From the NCBI RefSeq assembly GCF_963921235.1, contig NC_086097.1, forward strand, positions 161,512,001-161,576,000: a stretch of 64,000 nucleotides of DNA, written 5' to 3'. Each line of letters begins with the position of its first letter. The first letter of the stretch is position 1. Below the pieces are notes generated by a model. It was not told the DNA's origin. It worked only from the letters and a program-made list of their open reading frames with translations, and searched no databases. Of the stretch, positions 10,596-22,543 are shown one piece after another. Origin of the DNA: Mobula hypostoma (Eukaryota). Both the position numbers and the translations under genes were made by a program.

Positions 10596-13500
10596 AGACC
10601 ACAAGACCACAAGATATAGGAGCAGAATTAGGCCATTTGGCCCATCAAGTCTGCTCATCCATTTCATCATGGCTGATCCAATTTTCCTCTCAGCCCCAAT
10701 CTCCTTCTTTCTCCCCATATCCCTTCATGCCCTGACCAATCATGAATCTATCAACCTCTACCTTAAATATACATAAAGACCTGGCTGCCTGTGGCAAAGA
10801 ATTCCACAGATACACCACCCTCTGGCTAAAGAAATTCCACCTCACCTCTGTTCTAAACAGATGCCTCTCTATTCTGAGGCTGTGTCCTCTGCTCTTAGCC
10901 TCTCCCACTATAGGAAACATCCTTGCTTTTATATTCTAGTCTTCTTGATCTGAATGCTAACATTACATTTGCCTTCCTCACCACAGCTTCAACCTGCAAA
11001 ATAACCTTGAGGGAATCCTGCACAAGGACTCCCAACTCCCTGTGTGTCTCAGGTTTCTTTTTGTATTTTCACTCCATTTAGAAAACAGTCAACCCTTTCA
11101 TTTCGTCTACCAAAGTCCATGACCATACACTCCTGACACTGTATTCCATCTGCCATTTCTTTACCCATTCTTCTAATCTATCTAAGTCCTTCTGCAGCCT
11201 CTCTACTTCCTCAAAACTACCTAACCCTCCACCTATCTACATATTGTCTGCAAACTTTGCAACAAAGCCGTCGATTCCGTCACCCAAATCACTGATGTAT
11301 AAAATGTTTAAAAAATCAGTTGCAACACAGACTCCTGTGGAATACCACTAGTCACTGGAAGTCAGTCAGAAAAGGCTCCCTTTATTCCCATTCTTTGCCT
11401 CCTGCCAATCAGCCACTGCTTTATCCATGCTAGAATCCTTTCTGTAGTATCACAGGCTCATAGCCTGTTAAACAACCTTATGTGTGGCACCTTGTCAAAA
11501 GCCTTCTGAAAATCTAACTACACAACATCAACCGATTCTCCTTTGTTTATCCTGCTTGTTACTTCTTCAAAGAATTCCAACAGATTTGTTCAGGCAAGAT
11601 TTTCTCTTGAGGAAATCATGCTGACTAAGGCCTATCTTAACATGTGACTGGAAGTTCCTCGAGACCTCATCCTTAATAATCAACTCCAACATCTTCCCAA
11701 CCACTGAGGTCAGACTAACAGGCCTATTGTTTCCTTTCTTCTGCCTCTCTCTCTTCTTGAAGAGTGGACTGATATTTGCAATATTCCAGTCTTCCAGAGC
11801 CATTCCAGAATCTAGTGATTCTTGAAAGATCATTACTAATCCCTCCACAATCTCTTCAGCCACCTTTTCAGAACACTGCGGTGTACACGATGGGGAAAAG
11901 GTTACTTACCTACCTTCAGACCTTTCAGTTTCCCAAGAACCTCTCTATGGTAACTTTACACACCTAGTGCCCACTGACACCTGGAACTTCCATTATACAG
12001 CTAGTGTCTTCCACAGTTCCACAGTGAAGACTGATGCAAAATACCTATTCAGTTCAACCGCTATTTCATTGTCCTTCGTTACTCCCTCCCTAGCAGCATC
12101 TTCCAGCGGTCTAACATCCATTCTTGCCTTTCTTTTACACTTTATGTATCAGAAGAAACTTTTGGTATCCACTTTAATATTATTGGCTAGCCTACTTTCG
12201 TATTCCATCTTTACCTTCTTAATAACTTTTTTAGTTGCCTTCTGTTGGCTTTTAAAAGCTTCCCAATCCTCTAACTTCCCACTAATTTTTGCTCTATTAT
12301 ATGCCCTATCTTTGGCCTTTATGTTGGCTTTGACTTCTCTTGTTAGCCATAGTTGTGTCATTTTCCCTTTAGAATACTTCTTCTTTGGGATGTATATATC
12401 CAGTGCATTCTGAATTGCTTTCAGAAATTCCAGCCATTGTTGCTGTGCCGTCATCCCTGCCAGTGTTCTTTTCCAATCAATTCTGGCCAACTCCTCTCTC
12501 ATGCCCCTGTAATTCCATTTACTTCACTGTAATACTGATACAGCTGACTTTAGCTTCTCCTTCTCAAATTTTAGGGTGAATTTGATAATATTATGATCAT
12601 TTGCCCCTTAGGGTTCTTTTACCTTAAGCTCACAAATCAATTCTGGTTCATTGCACAGCATCCAATCCAGAATAGCTGATCCTCTAGTGGGCTCAGTCAC
12701 GAGCTGCTCTAAAAAGCCATCTCATAGACATTCTCGAAATTATCCCTTCTGCAATCCAGCACCAAACTGATTTTCCCAATCTACCTGCATATTGAAGTCC
12801 CCCATGACGATTGTAACACTGCCCTTTTGGCAAACACGAGGAAATCTGCAGATGCTGGAATTTCAAGCAACACACATAAAAGTTGCTGCTGCCTGGCCTG
12901 CTGCGTTCACCAGCAACTTTTATGTGTGTTGCTTGCCCTTTTGGCATTCATTTTCTATCTCCTGTTGTAATTTGTAGGCCGCATCTTTACTACTGTTTGG
13001 GGGTCTGTATACAACTCCCATCAGGGTCTTTTTACACCTACAGTTCCTTGGCTCTATCCACAATGACTCAACACCTTCCGATCCTATGTCACCTCTGTCT
13101 AATGATTTGATTTCATTTTTGTTTTTACCAACAGTGCAACACCATTCCTTCTGCCTTCTTGCCTATTGTTTCGATACAATGTGTATCCCTGGATATTAAG
13201 CTCCCAATTATTGTCTTTCAGCCATGATTCCATCATGCCTACAAAAATCATACCTGCAAACCTGCAGATATGCTGCAAGTTCATCTACCTTATTCTGTAT
13301 TCTGCACGCATTCAGATACAATACCTTCAGTCTTGTGTACACCCTTTTTAATCTTGTCACACTGTGCTTAACCTTTTGATTCCTAACTTTGTTTGAGGTC
13401 TTGCCAACATCTGCTTCCACAACCTCTCCACTAACTGTTCTGGCACTCTGCTTCCCATCCCCCTGCAACTCAAGTTTAAACCCCACCGTGCAACATTAAC

Positions 13501-14165
13501 AAACCTTCCTGCTAGGATATTAGTCCCCTTCCAGTTCAGGTGCAAACCATCCCTTTTGTACAGGTCCCACCTTCCCTGGAAGAGAGCCCAATGACCCAAA
13601 ACCCTTATGTCCTCCCTCCTACACCAACTCTTTAGCTGCATGTTCAGCTGTATAATCTTCCTAGTTCGAGCATCACTGGCACATAGCATAGGTAGCAATC
13701 CTGAGGTCACAACCCTAGAGGTCCTGCACTTCAACTTAGCTCTTAACTCCCTGAACTCACTATGCAGAACCTCATCACTCGTTCTACCCATGTCATTGGT
13801 ACCTACATGGACCATGACTTCTGGCTGCTCGTCCTCCAACTTAAGAATGCTGAGGATTCGATCTGAGACATCCAGGACCCTGGCCCCGGGAAGCAGCATA
13901 CTATGCAGGAATCTCATTCTCGCCCACAGAACATCCTGTCCATTCCTGTAACTAACAAATCCCCTATCACCACAGCATACCACTCTTGCCCCCTTCCCGT
14001 CTAAGTCAGAGATGCAGACTCAGTGCCAGAGACCCAACCACTGTGAATTTCCTCTGTAAGTCATCCCCCAGACATTATCCTGTTGTTGAGGGTGTTGGCC
14101 ACAGGGGTACTCTGCACTGGCTCCTCAACTCCTTTCCCCTTCCTGTCACCCAGTTTCCTGTGTTG
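10596..14165 (-). mobile_element. Decayed CR1 LINE with ORF1 and ORF2 remnants
   Basis: HVGTNDMG, DGLHLN, LYLNACRIQNK, NRPVSLTSVVGK; tail (tcttgtgg)2 at 10596-10612 on the minus strand. Confidence 0.9.
12833..12933. mobile_element. About 100-bp fold-back Penelope-terminus insertion inside a CR1
   Basis: 13-bp TSD TGCCCTTTTGGCA (12820-12832, 12934-12946); inverted GCAACACACATAAAAGTTGCTG arms matching the PLE ends at 16546 and 29794. Confidence 0.85.
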
Positions 14166-14528
14166 ATTTAGTTGATGAAGTGATGTAAGTAGTTTAGAAA
14201 TTAAAGGGAACATTACTAAAATTTCTATCCTCCACAGTATGATAGTTTTGGGAGAGGAATGATTGATATGGTCCAGCCACATTTACTGATGGACATCTAA
14301 ACCTGCTATAAGCAGATACACACCAGTCACCATTCCTTCCACTCACAAGTTTTGAGGAAATAATTGATTATATGGGCACTGAGAACAATTTCGTTGAAGG
14401 AAGGAAAATATTTGCTTCAGTACTGTCACTGCATCATTCTAATATTAACAGATCAGAAATAAAGCTTATATAAATTCAACAAACAGAACTCAACCACAAG
14501 TAGTTAATAAAAGTAACCACAAACCTAC

Positions 14529-14644
14529 CTCAGGAAAGACAAGAAAACAGCTGAAAAAGGTGCGACTTCCTTTTGGATTTTCTAGTACCACTTTTCGGAA
14601 AACTTGCCCGGTCTTTTTCACTTCCAGCAGTGCGTCTCCTACAC
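14529..14644 (-). CDS. DENND3: DENND3 exon (WD40): VGDALLEVKKTGQVFRKVVLENPKGSRTFFSCFLVFPE
   Basis: 116 nt; acceptor tgcaag, donor GTAGGT; phase 1/0; diverged, but position and the FxxFxxxPE ending fit. Confidence 0.82.
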
Positions 14645-14739
14645 CTTGCAGAGACAGAATGGATGTGACTGGTATTAATGTCACAGACAATCATTTAACA
14701 GAGATATAATCTAACATATTTTGCTTCAGGGCAAAACAA

Positions 14740-15470
14740 AGCTCAAAAAGAAAAAAAGCCCAGCTGTGGACATCAAGAGGAGTTAGAGTTAGCATTAGGT
14801 CAAAGAAAATGGTTTATAATGTCACCAGTAAAAAGAACATCAGCAAGCTAGAAGACTGGGAAATTTTCAGAATTCTTCAGAAGACAACCAAAGGGTTGGT
14901 AATAAGTAGACAAATAAAATTCAAGTGTTGGCCAAGGAGTAAAGTAAGACACAATGAAGATACTAACTGCAATCATTGCACTTGAGTGATTAATGTGCAG
15001 AAATGTGGGGAGATGTGTTTTGGGAAGAATGAGGAGGTGGCTAGACTGAAGAAAACAGGATATATAAAAGAAATGCAAGGGCAACATGTTGTACATATAA
15101 TTGAAAGTGGCAGGGTTGATTGAAAAAATAGTTGTGGAGACATAGGTAATTCTGAACTTAATGAACGATGACAGAGATTATAAACTCGGAATTCATGTCA
15201 AAAGTTTATATAACACTGAAAAAAGCCTCAATTAGAGTACTGCACTCAATTTTGGTTGACTCATTATAGGAAAGGGCTGGAGGTATAGAAGAGGGTTCAG
15301 GAAAGATTTATGAGAACAAGGATATGGCACAGAAATTAAACCAATTCTGGGGATACAAATTTAGTGCAGGAAGGTTGTGTTGAAATAACAGATCTGCCAC
15401 GACCTGACTGAATAGTGAAGTATGCCAGAGGGACCAAATAATGACTTGCTTCTTCTATTTTTCTTATGCT
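14740..15470 (+). mobile_element. Highly decayed CR1 fragments
   Basis: Residual CR1 ORF2-like sequence (ttagagtactgcactcaattttgg, an LEYC.QF relic) and a 3' tail. Confidence 0.55.
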
Positions 15471-15657
15471 TCCTTACGTAATAACATATTTGCACATTAC
15501 ATTTCATATAAATTACAATATGATTTGCTAGGTTAAAAAAATTATCATACTCTTAATTTGTCTTTAATATAAATAACTACAGAAATACAGTGGATTCTAG
15601 TTAATTGAATCATCCGTTAATCAGGGCAGCCACCTATTTGAGACAACTCTCAAAAAC

Positions 15658-16531
15658 AGATGGAAGGGTAGGTAGTCTTGAGGAAGTACAGAGGCGATAG
15701 AAGGACTTAGATTAGGAGAATGGGCAAAGAAATGGCAGATGGAATACAGTGTTGAGAAGTGTACTGTCATGCACTTTGGCAGAAGAAATGAAAAGGTTGA
15801 TTGTTTTGTAATTGGAGAGAAAATACAAAAAAACTGAGGTGCAACGTGTCTTGGGAGCCCTTGTACAAGATTCCCTGAAGGATAATTTGCAGGTTGAGTC
15901 TGTGTGAGGAAGGCAAATGCAATGTTAGCATTCATTTCAAGAGGACTAGAATATAAAAGCAAGGATGTAATGTTGAGATTTGATAAAGCACTGGTGAGGC
16001 CTCACTTGGAGTATTGTGAGCACTTTTGGGCCCCTAATCTTCGAAAGGATGTACTGAAACTGGAGAGGGTTCAAAGGAAGTTCACAAAAATGATTCCAGG
16101 ATTGAATAGCTAGTCATATGAACAGAGTTTGATGGCTCTGGGCTTCTATTCACTGGAATTCAGTTGAATGAGGGGTGACCTAATTGAAATCTATCGAATA
16201 GTGAAAGGCCTTGATAGAGTGGATGTGGGGAAGATGTTTCCTATGGTGGGAGTATCTAAGATCAAATTACACAGCCTCAGAATAGAGGGGCATCCTTTTG
16301 GAAAGGAGATGAGAGGGAACTTCCTTAGCTAGAGAGTGGTGAATCTATGGCCTTCTTTGCCATAGCCAGTTGTGGAGGCCAAGTCTTTATGTACATTTAA
16401 GGCAGAGGTTGATAGATTCTTGATTGGCCAGGGAATGAAGGGATATGGGGAGAAAGCAGGAGATTAGGGCTGAGAGAAAAAGTGAATCAGCCATGAAGAA
16501 ATGGCAGATCGACACATTGGGCCAAATGATA
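15658..16531 (+). mobile_element. 5'-truncated CR1 3' end
   Basis: KALVRPHLEYCEHFWAP...LERVQRKFTKMIPG and CR1 3' UTR. Confidence 0.9.
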
Positions 16532-16545
16532 GTACTCAAATCTGT

Positions 16546-19442
16546 GCAACACACATCAAAGTTGCTGGTGAACGCAGCATCTCTAGGAAGAGGTACAGTC
16601 GACGTTTCAGGCCGAGACCCTTCGTCAGGACTAACTGAAGGAAGAGTTAGTAAGGGATTTGAAAGCTGGAGGGGGAGGGGAGATCCAAAATGATGGGAGA
16701 AGACAGGAGGGGGAGGGATGGAGCCAAGAACTGGACAGGTGATTGGCAAAGGGGATATGAAAGGATCATGGGACAGGAGGTCCGGGGAGAAAGACGGGGG
16801 GGGGAACCCAGAGGATGGGCAAGGGGTATAGTCAGAGGGACAGAGGGAGAAAAAGGAGTGAGAGAAAGAATGTGTGTGTATAAAAATAAATAAGGGATGG
16901 GGTACGAGGGGGAGGTGGGGCATTAGCGGAAGTTAGAGAAGTCAATGTTCATGCCATCAGGTTGGAGGCTACCCAGACGGAATATAAGGTGTTGTTCCTC
17001 CAACCTGAGTGTGGCTTCATCTTTACAGTAGAGGAGGCCGTGGATAGACATGTCAGAATGGGAATGGGATGTGGAATTAAAATGTGTGGCCACTGGGAGA
17101 TCCTGCTTTCTCTGGCGGACAGAGCATAGGTGTTCAGCAAAGCGGTCTCCCAGTCTGCGTCGGGTCTCGCCAATATATAGAAGGCCACATCGGGAGTACT
17201 GGACGCAGTATATCACCCCAGCCGACTCACAGGTGAAGTGTCGCCTCACCTGGAACGACTGTCTGGGGCCCTGAATGGTGGTAAGGGAGGAAGTGTAAGG
17301 GCATGTGTAGCACTTGTTCCGCTTACAGGGATAAGCGCCAGGAGGGAGATCAGTGGGGAGGGATGGGGGGGGACGAATGGACAAGGGAGTCGCATAGGGA
17401 GCGATCCCTGCGGAAAGCAGAGCGAGGGGGGGAGGGAAAGATGTGCTTAGTGGTGGGATCCCGTTGGAGGTGGCGGAAGTTACGGAGAATAATATGTTGG
17501 ACCCGGAGGCTGGTGGGGTGGTAGGTGAGGACCAGGGGAACCCTATTCCTAGTGGGGTGGCGGGAGGATGGAGTGAGAGCAGATGTGCGTGAAATGGGGG
17601 AGATGCGTTTGAGAGCAGAGTTGATGGTGGAGGAAGGGAAGCCCCTTTCTTTAAAAAAGGAGGACATCTCCCTCGTCCTGGAATGAAAAGCCTCATCCTG
17701 AGAGCAGATGCGGCGGAGACGGAGGAATTGCGAGAAGGGGATAGCATTTTTGCAAGAGACAGGGTGAGAAGAGGAATAGTCCAGATAGCTGTGAGAGTCA
17801 GTAGGCTTATAGTAGACATCAGTGGATAAGCTGTCTCCAGAGACAGAGACAGAAAGATCTAGAAAGCGGAGAGAGGTGTCGGAAATAGACCAAGTAAACT
17901 TGAGGGCAGGGTGAAAGTTGGAGGCAAAGTTAATAAAGTCAACGAGCTCAGCATGCGTGCAGGAAGCAGCACCAATGCAGTCGTTGACGTAGCGAAGGAA
18001 AAGTGGGGGACAGATACCAGAATAGGTACTGAACATAGATTGTTCCACAAAGCCAACAAAAAGGCAGGCATAGCTAGGATCCATACAGGTGCCCATAGCT
18101 ACACCTTTAGTTTGGAGGAAGTGGGAGGAGCTAAAGGAGAAATTATTAAGAGTAAGGACTAATTCCGCTAGACGGAGCAGAGTGGTGGTAGAGGGGAACT
18201 GATTAGGTCTGGAATCCAAAAAGAAGCGGAGAGCTTTGAGACCTTCCTGTTGGGGAATGGAAGTATATAGGGACTGGACATCCATGGTGAAAATAAAGCG
18301 GTGGGGGCCAGGGAACTTAAAATCATCGAAAAGTTTAAGAGCGTGAGAAGTGTCACGAACATAGGTAGGAAGAGATTGAACAAGGGGGGAATAAAACGGT
18401 GTCGAGGTATGCAGAAATGAGTTCGGTGGGGCAGGAGCAAGCTGAGACAATAGGTCTGCCAGGACAGGCAGGTTTATGGATCTTGGGTAGGAGGTAGAAA
18501 TGGGAAGTGCGAGGTGTGGGAACTATAAGGTTGGCAGCAGTGGATGGGAGATCCCCTGAGCGGATAAAGTTGATGATGGTGTGGGAGACAATGGCCTGGG
18601 GCTCCTTAGTGGGGTCACGATCGAGGGGTAAATAAGAGGAGGTATCCACGAGTTGTCGCTGAGCCTCGGCAAGGTAGAGGTCAGTACGCCAGACTACAAC
18701 AGCACCCCCTTTATCAGCAGGTTTAATAGTAAGGTTAGGATTAGTGCGGAGGGAGTGGAGAGCAGAGCGTTCGGAAGGAGTGAGGTTGGAATGGGAACAA
18801 GGTGCGGTGAAGTCGAGATGGTTGATGTCCTGTCGGCAGTTAGTGATAAAGAGATCCAGAGCAGGCAGGTGACCAGAGCGGGGTGTCCATGAAGAAGAGG
18901 AGGGTTGAAGACGGGAGAAGGGGTCATCGGTGGGGGTGAAAGAGTCCTTGCCGAAGAAGTAGGCTCGGAGATGGAGACGGCGGAAGAAGAGTTCTGCATC
19001 ATGGCGAACACGGAACTCGCTGAGGTGGTGGGCGAAGGGGGACAAAGGTGAGGCCCTTACTGAGGACAGAGCATTCTTCCTCCGACAGTTGAAGGTCAGA
19101 GGGGATGGTAAAGACCCGGCACGGATGAGAGTTGGGATCAGAGGGGGGAGGGGGGAGGCTGGGGGTGTCAATGGAGAGGGGAGGGTTGGGGTGAGACGAA
19201 GATGGAGTGTCTGAGGACCCAGGAGCTGATGATGGGATCTGAAGGAGACGGGATTGCAGAGTATTGGTGGGGGAAGAGGAGACGGGAGTCACAATAGCAG
19301 CACATAAAGACCCGGCCTGGAGTTCAAGGCTGGAGTCGCAGTTGGTGGTTGCACAATCGCTTTGAAGGTGTCCATGGTTGTTGCTGGAGTCCGGGTTTTG
19401 AATATGCCCTGAGATGTTGGAGCCAGCGAGATCCTGTTGTTT
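16546..19442 (-). mobile_element. Penelope-like element (RT + GIY-YIG), frameshifted
   Basis: IKPADKGGAVVV, FYLLPKIHK, GRPIVS, MDVQSLYTSIP, GVAMGT, FLRYVNDC, FLDL, GVIYC...LYIGETRRRLGDRFAEH; TSD GTAYTCAAATCTGT (16532-16545, 19443-19456; 1 mismatch). Confidence 0.93.
16597..16632 (-). ncRNA. Minimal type I hammerhead ribozyme motif in the PLE terminus
   Basis: Minus strand: AGUC-CUGACGA-AGGGUCUCGGCCU-GAAAC-GUC-GACU; conserved boxes, helix I AGUC/GACU, palindromic ACGU in place of helix III. Confidence 0.75.
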
Positions 19443-19650
19443 GTATTCAAATCTGTTCTGTGTTTCTTTTAAGTAATAATTTGTTACTCAATTTAATGGT
19501 AAATTGCCTTCTTGCATCTTTGAAACTATTTCCATGAAACGCTGGCTAATTGGGGCAGCCGCTTAATTAGGCCAAAATGTACTGGTCCCGATGTGTTCCA
19601 ATTAACTGGTACCCACTGTATTTTTTAAAGTCACTATCTTTAATACTCAC

Positions 19651-19793
19651 AGCACCAGAGCATATGATTATGGAGTTTAATGGCAGTTAGTCTGTGGCAG
19701 TTGGGCAACTGAAAATTAGTCTTTATCTCCAAAGTGCTCACATCCCAGCAAATGACACTTCCATCGAGACTGCAGGAATACACCCGTTTCTGA
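19651..19793 (-). CDS. DENND3: DENND3 exon (WD40): QKRVYSCSLDGSVICWDVSTL...HNHMLWC
   Basis: 143 nt; acceptor ttctag, donor GTGAGT; phase 2/1; not in the ORF track. Confidence 0.93.
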
Positions 19794-20116
19794 CTAGAAA
19801 TGTAAGGGAACATTCAGAATCAGAGTCTGAATCAAGTTCTTATTACTGATATATGTTGTAAACTTTATTGTTTTGTGGAAGCAGTATAACACAAGACATA
19901 AAAAAACTAAGTTAAAATTTTTAAAAAGCGATAAAAAACAAATAAAGTGGTTTGACAAAACTTTAATGATTCCCAGGAACTAATTTACAAACACTTATTA
20001 AAATATACTAAACATAATTTTAATTGATACTGTCTTCACACCTCATCTTCAAGCACTTAAATTTTGAAAGTAATAAACTTCCACACATTTTAACATACTT
20101 GTGAAAGGCACAATAC

Positions 20117-20277
20117 CTGAAATTTGAGCCCTGATCCTCCAGGACCATGTCAGTGACATCGATGCAATGTTCAGTCAGCTGTTTGTTGCAGGACATACTG
20201 AGAGTATTTATAATGTAAATAGAGGAATCTTGTGAACCTATCCAGACTTGGCCAAATTCCACTCCCAACATACAGTT
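20117..20277 (-). CDS. DENND3: DENND3 exon (WD40): [24 protein letters not shown]...EDQGSNF
   Basis: 161 nt; acceptor ttttag, donor GTATTG; phase 0/2. Confidence 0.94.
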
Positions 20278-20515
20278 CTAAAAGTAAATGTTTAATTTAA
20301 GCAATTTATCCCAATAATATATATAGTTGGTTTCATTAATTAAAAATAATGCTCTTCAGAATAAATCATCTCTACATTGTTACATCTCTACATTGCTAAT
20401 GTAACTGTCTTGTACTTCAGTTTTTGAACTATTATAAATGTTAATTGACTTCTCATTTCTAGGGACCAGAAAACTAGCAACTCATTACTTGCTAAAAAGT
20501 TTATAGATGTAACCA

Positions 20516-20739
20516 CAAACAACAGGAATTCTGCAGATGCTGGAAATTCAAGCAACATACATCAAAGTTGCTGGTGAACGCAGCAGGCCAAGCAGCATCT
20601 CTAGGAAGAGGCGCAGTCGACGTTTCAGGCTGAGACCCTTCGTCAGGACGAAGGGTCTCGGCCTGAAACGTCGACTGCGCCTCTTCCTAGAGATGCTGCT
20701 TGGCCTGCTGCGTTCACCAGCAACTTTGATGTATGTTGC
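20516..20739. mobile_element. 224-bp fold-back PLE-terminus insertion centred on the hammerhead motif
   Basis: 13-bp TSD ATAGATGTAACCA (20503-20515, 20740-20752); near-perfect arms of about 93 bp. Confidence 0.9.
20616..20649 (-). ncRNA. Minimal hammerhead motif
   Basis: GUC-CUGACGA-AGGGUCUCAGCCU-GAAAC-GUC-GAC; the opposite-arm copy lacks the CUGA box. Confidence 0.6.
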
Positions 20740-21101
20740 ATAGATGTAACCAGCTCTGTTCCTAAGAAATTTCATTCAAAATAACAGGCCACAAGAATAG
20801 ACCTACTTTTTCTTTTTTTTTCCTGTGACTTCTGTGGCATAAAGAAAAGCCATCTAACCCTCAGAACTATAATACCAAGTACTCTGCAATCATTATCATT
20901 GAAAAGAGACAAGAATCTTGCAGAATTTCTTCTGAATTAATAATGGTTTTATTAAAAATTTAAACAATTTATTAACATGGTTATGCAGTTTTATAATATA
21001 CAATTATTTCATATTTGCTCAACTTATTTTCAATGCTGTATTACACCTATCTTTAATGCACAAATTTCATCACCCCAATTTTTGTTTAAGTTTAAACTCA
21101 C

Positions 21102-21241
21102 CAGTTTTGAGTTGCCCACTTGAATGCAATGTTGCTGAATGCACCAAGATGAGGCATCAAAGAGGACTACTTTTCCTTCACTTAATGCACACCATAACTT
21201 TGGATTTACATTGTCATTCTTTTCTGGGTGAATCAGATTAC
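21102..21241 (-). CDS. DENND3: DENND3 exon (WD40): NLIHPEKNDNVNPKLWCALSEGKVVLFDASSW...GNSKL
   Basis: 140 nt; acceptor tgctag, donor GTGAGT; phase 1/0. Confidence 0.95.
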
Positions 21242-21589
21242 CTAGCAAAATGAAGTGTTCAATTCATGATTTAGTGCAGAGACAAGTCAAAAACAAAGGT
21301 ACGGAAATTTACTTTTTCTTTTATCACAATGGCTGCTGTACACTGATTTAAGGAAAAATAAGCAAGATCTAAAAGTAATTTCAACTTACAAAGCAATTAC
21401 TTTTATACCAAAATGATTCAGTTTTTAAACACATATTACTACAAAGGATTTAAATCCTCATATTCAAAGTAACATTATTCCTAAATATGCTACATATACT
21501 ATCAAGATATTTAAAAATATTTTGTACATGTGGCTCGATATGTATTGAAATCTTAACCTGTCTACCATCTGGCCAATGAAGGCAAGCAT

Positions 21590-22010
21590 GTATGTGGTTT
21601 GCTTGTCTTCACTGAGTATAAGAGTTGGTATGTCATGTTACAATTGTACAAAATGTTGGTTGGGTCACAATTGGAGTATTGTGTGCACCTCTGGTTGCAA
21701 TACTACAGAAAGGATGTAATTTAGCTAGAGATGGTGCAGAAAAGATTCATAAGGATACAAGTTCAATTGGAGCGCTTGAGTTATAAGAAGAGATAGAACT
21801 GGTCAGGTCTGTTTTCCATGAAGCGCAGATGGCTGAGAGGTGAACATGATAGAGGTATATAAAATTCTGACCATAGATATGCTAAATAGCTAGTATCTGT
21901 TTCACATGGTGTGGTGTCTAAAACTAGAGGGTGCAAGTTTAAGGTGAGTGGAAAGAGGCTTAAAAGGAAGCTGAGGAGTAATTTCCCCGCAACACACAAA
22001 GAGAAGTTGA
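21590..22010 (+). mobile_element. Decayed CR1 3' fragment
   Basis: ttggagtattgtgtgcacctctgg (LEYCV..W) and downstream CR1-like sequence. Confidence 0.7.
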
Positions 22011-22444
22011 TCAACAAACAAAATTGAAAATTGACATCACACAGAATTTAGAAAATGGTGAGTTTCCTTCCCTTTCCCTTATATTTCTCTCCTTAAACCA
22101 GCAAATTAATGGTACTACTCAATGTCTATGATCAACATGTACATTTTTTCTTCTTAGTCAATTAGAACATACTGCCTGGATGCTTTTACTGTGAGTTGCC
22201 AATATAATCAAACCCACTTCCCAAGAAAGTAACAATGGCCTAAATAATAAACCTCAATCTTTACTTACGCCCTTGCAACTGAATCATAAAATGTTCATGC
22301 ATTTCTGAATGATCCTTTTTAAAATCACACAGATTTAGTATATTCTATATGGACAAAAAAAGTTCTATTTTAGAAGGCCTAACAAATATTATATAAAATA
22401 CTTTAACAGTATCTAATTACTTAAAATAACTGATTTTTTTTTAC

Positions 22445-22543
22445 CTGATGTATACAAGAGTGCATTCACAGCTTGAGGACTAGTCTGACCAGCAGAAGGG
22501 TTTATCTTTTGTTTTAAAGTCTCCGAAGTTGTTTTCGGAATCA
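22445..22543 (-). CDS. DENND3: DENND3 exon: [33 protein letters not shown]
   Basis: 99 nt; acceptor atcctag, donor GTAAAA; phase 1/1. Confidence 0.88.

Larger units (their letters stand above)
15588..19618. mobile_element. pogo/Tigger-like MITE split by nested CR1 and PLE insertions
   Basis: TA|CAGTGGATTCTAGTTAATTG ... CAATTAACTGGTACCCACTG|TA; MITE sequence only at about 15588-15657 and 19470-19618. Confidence 0.75.

Noticed and set aside
14347..14438. Exon-like segment on the minus strand (ag...GTGAGT; NDAVTVLKQIFSFLQ...)
   Set aside because: No resemblance to the expected next DENND3 exon, and its length would shift the frame.
16660..16920. G-rich tract as a distinct G-quadruplex regulatory element
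   Set aside because: It is the ordinary pyrimidine-rich 3' UTR of the PLE, seen in every PLE copy in the window.
20537..20775. Arg-rich mirror ORFs
   Set aside because: By-product of the PLE fold-back; no coding evidence.
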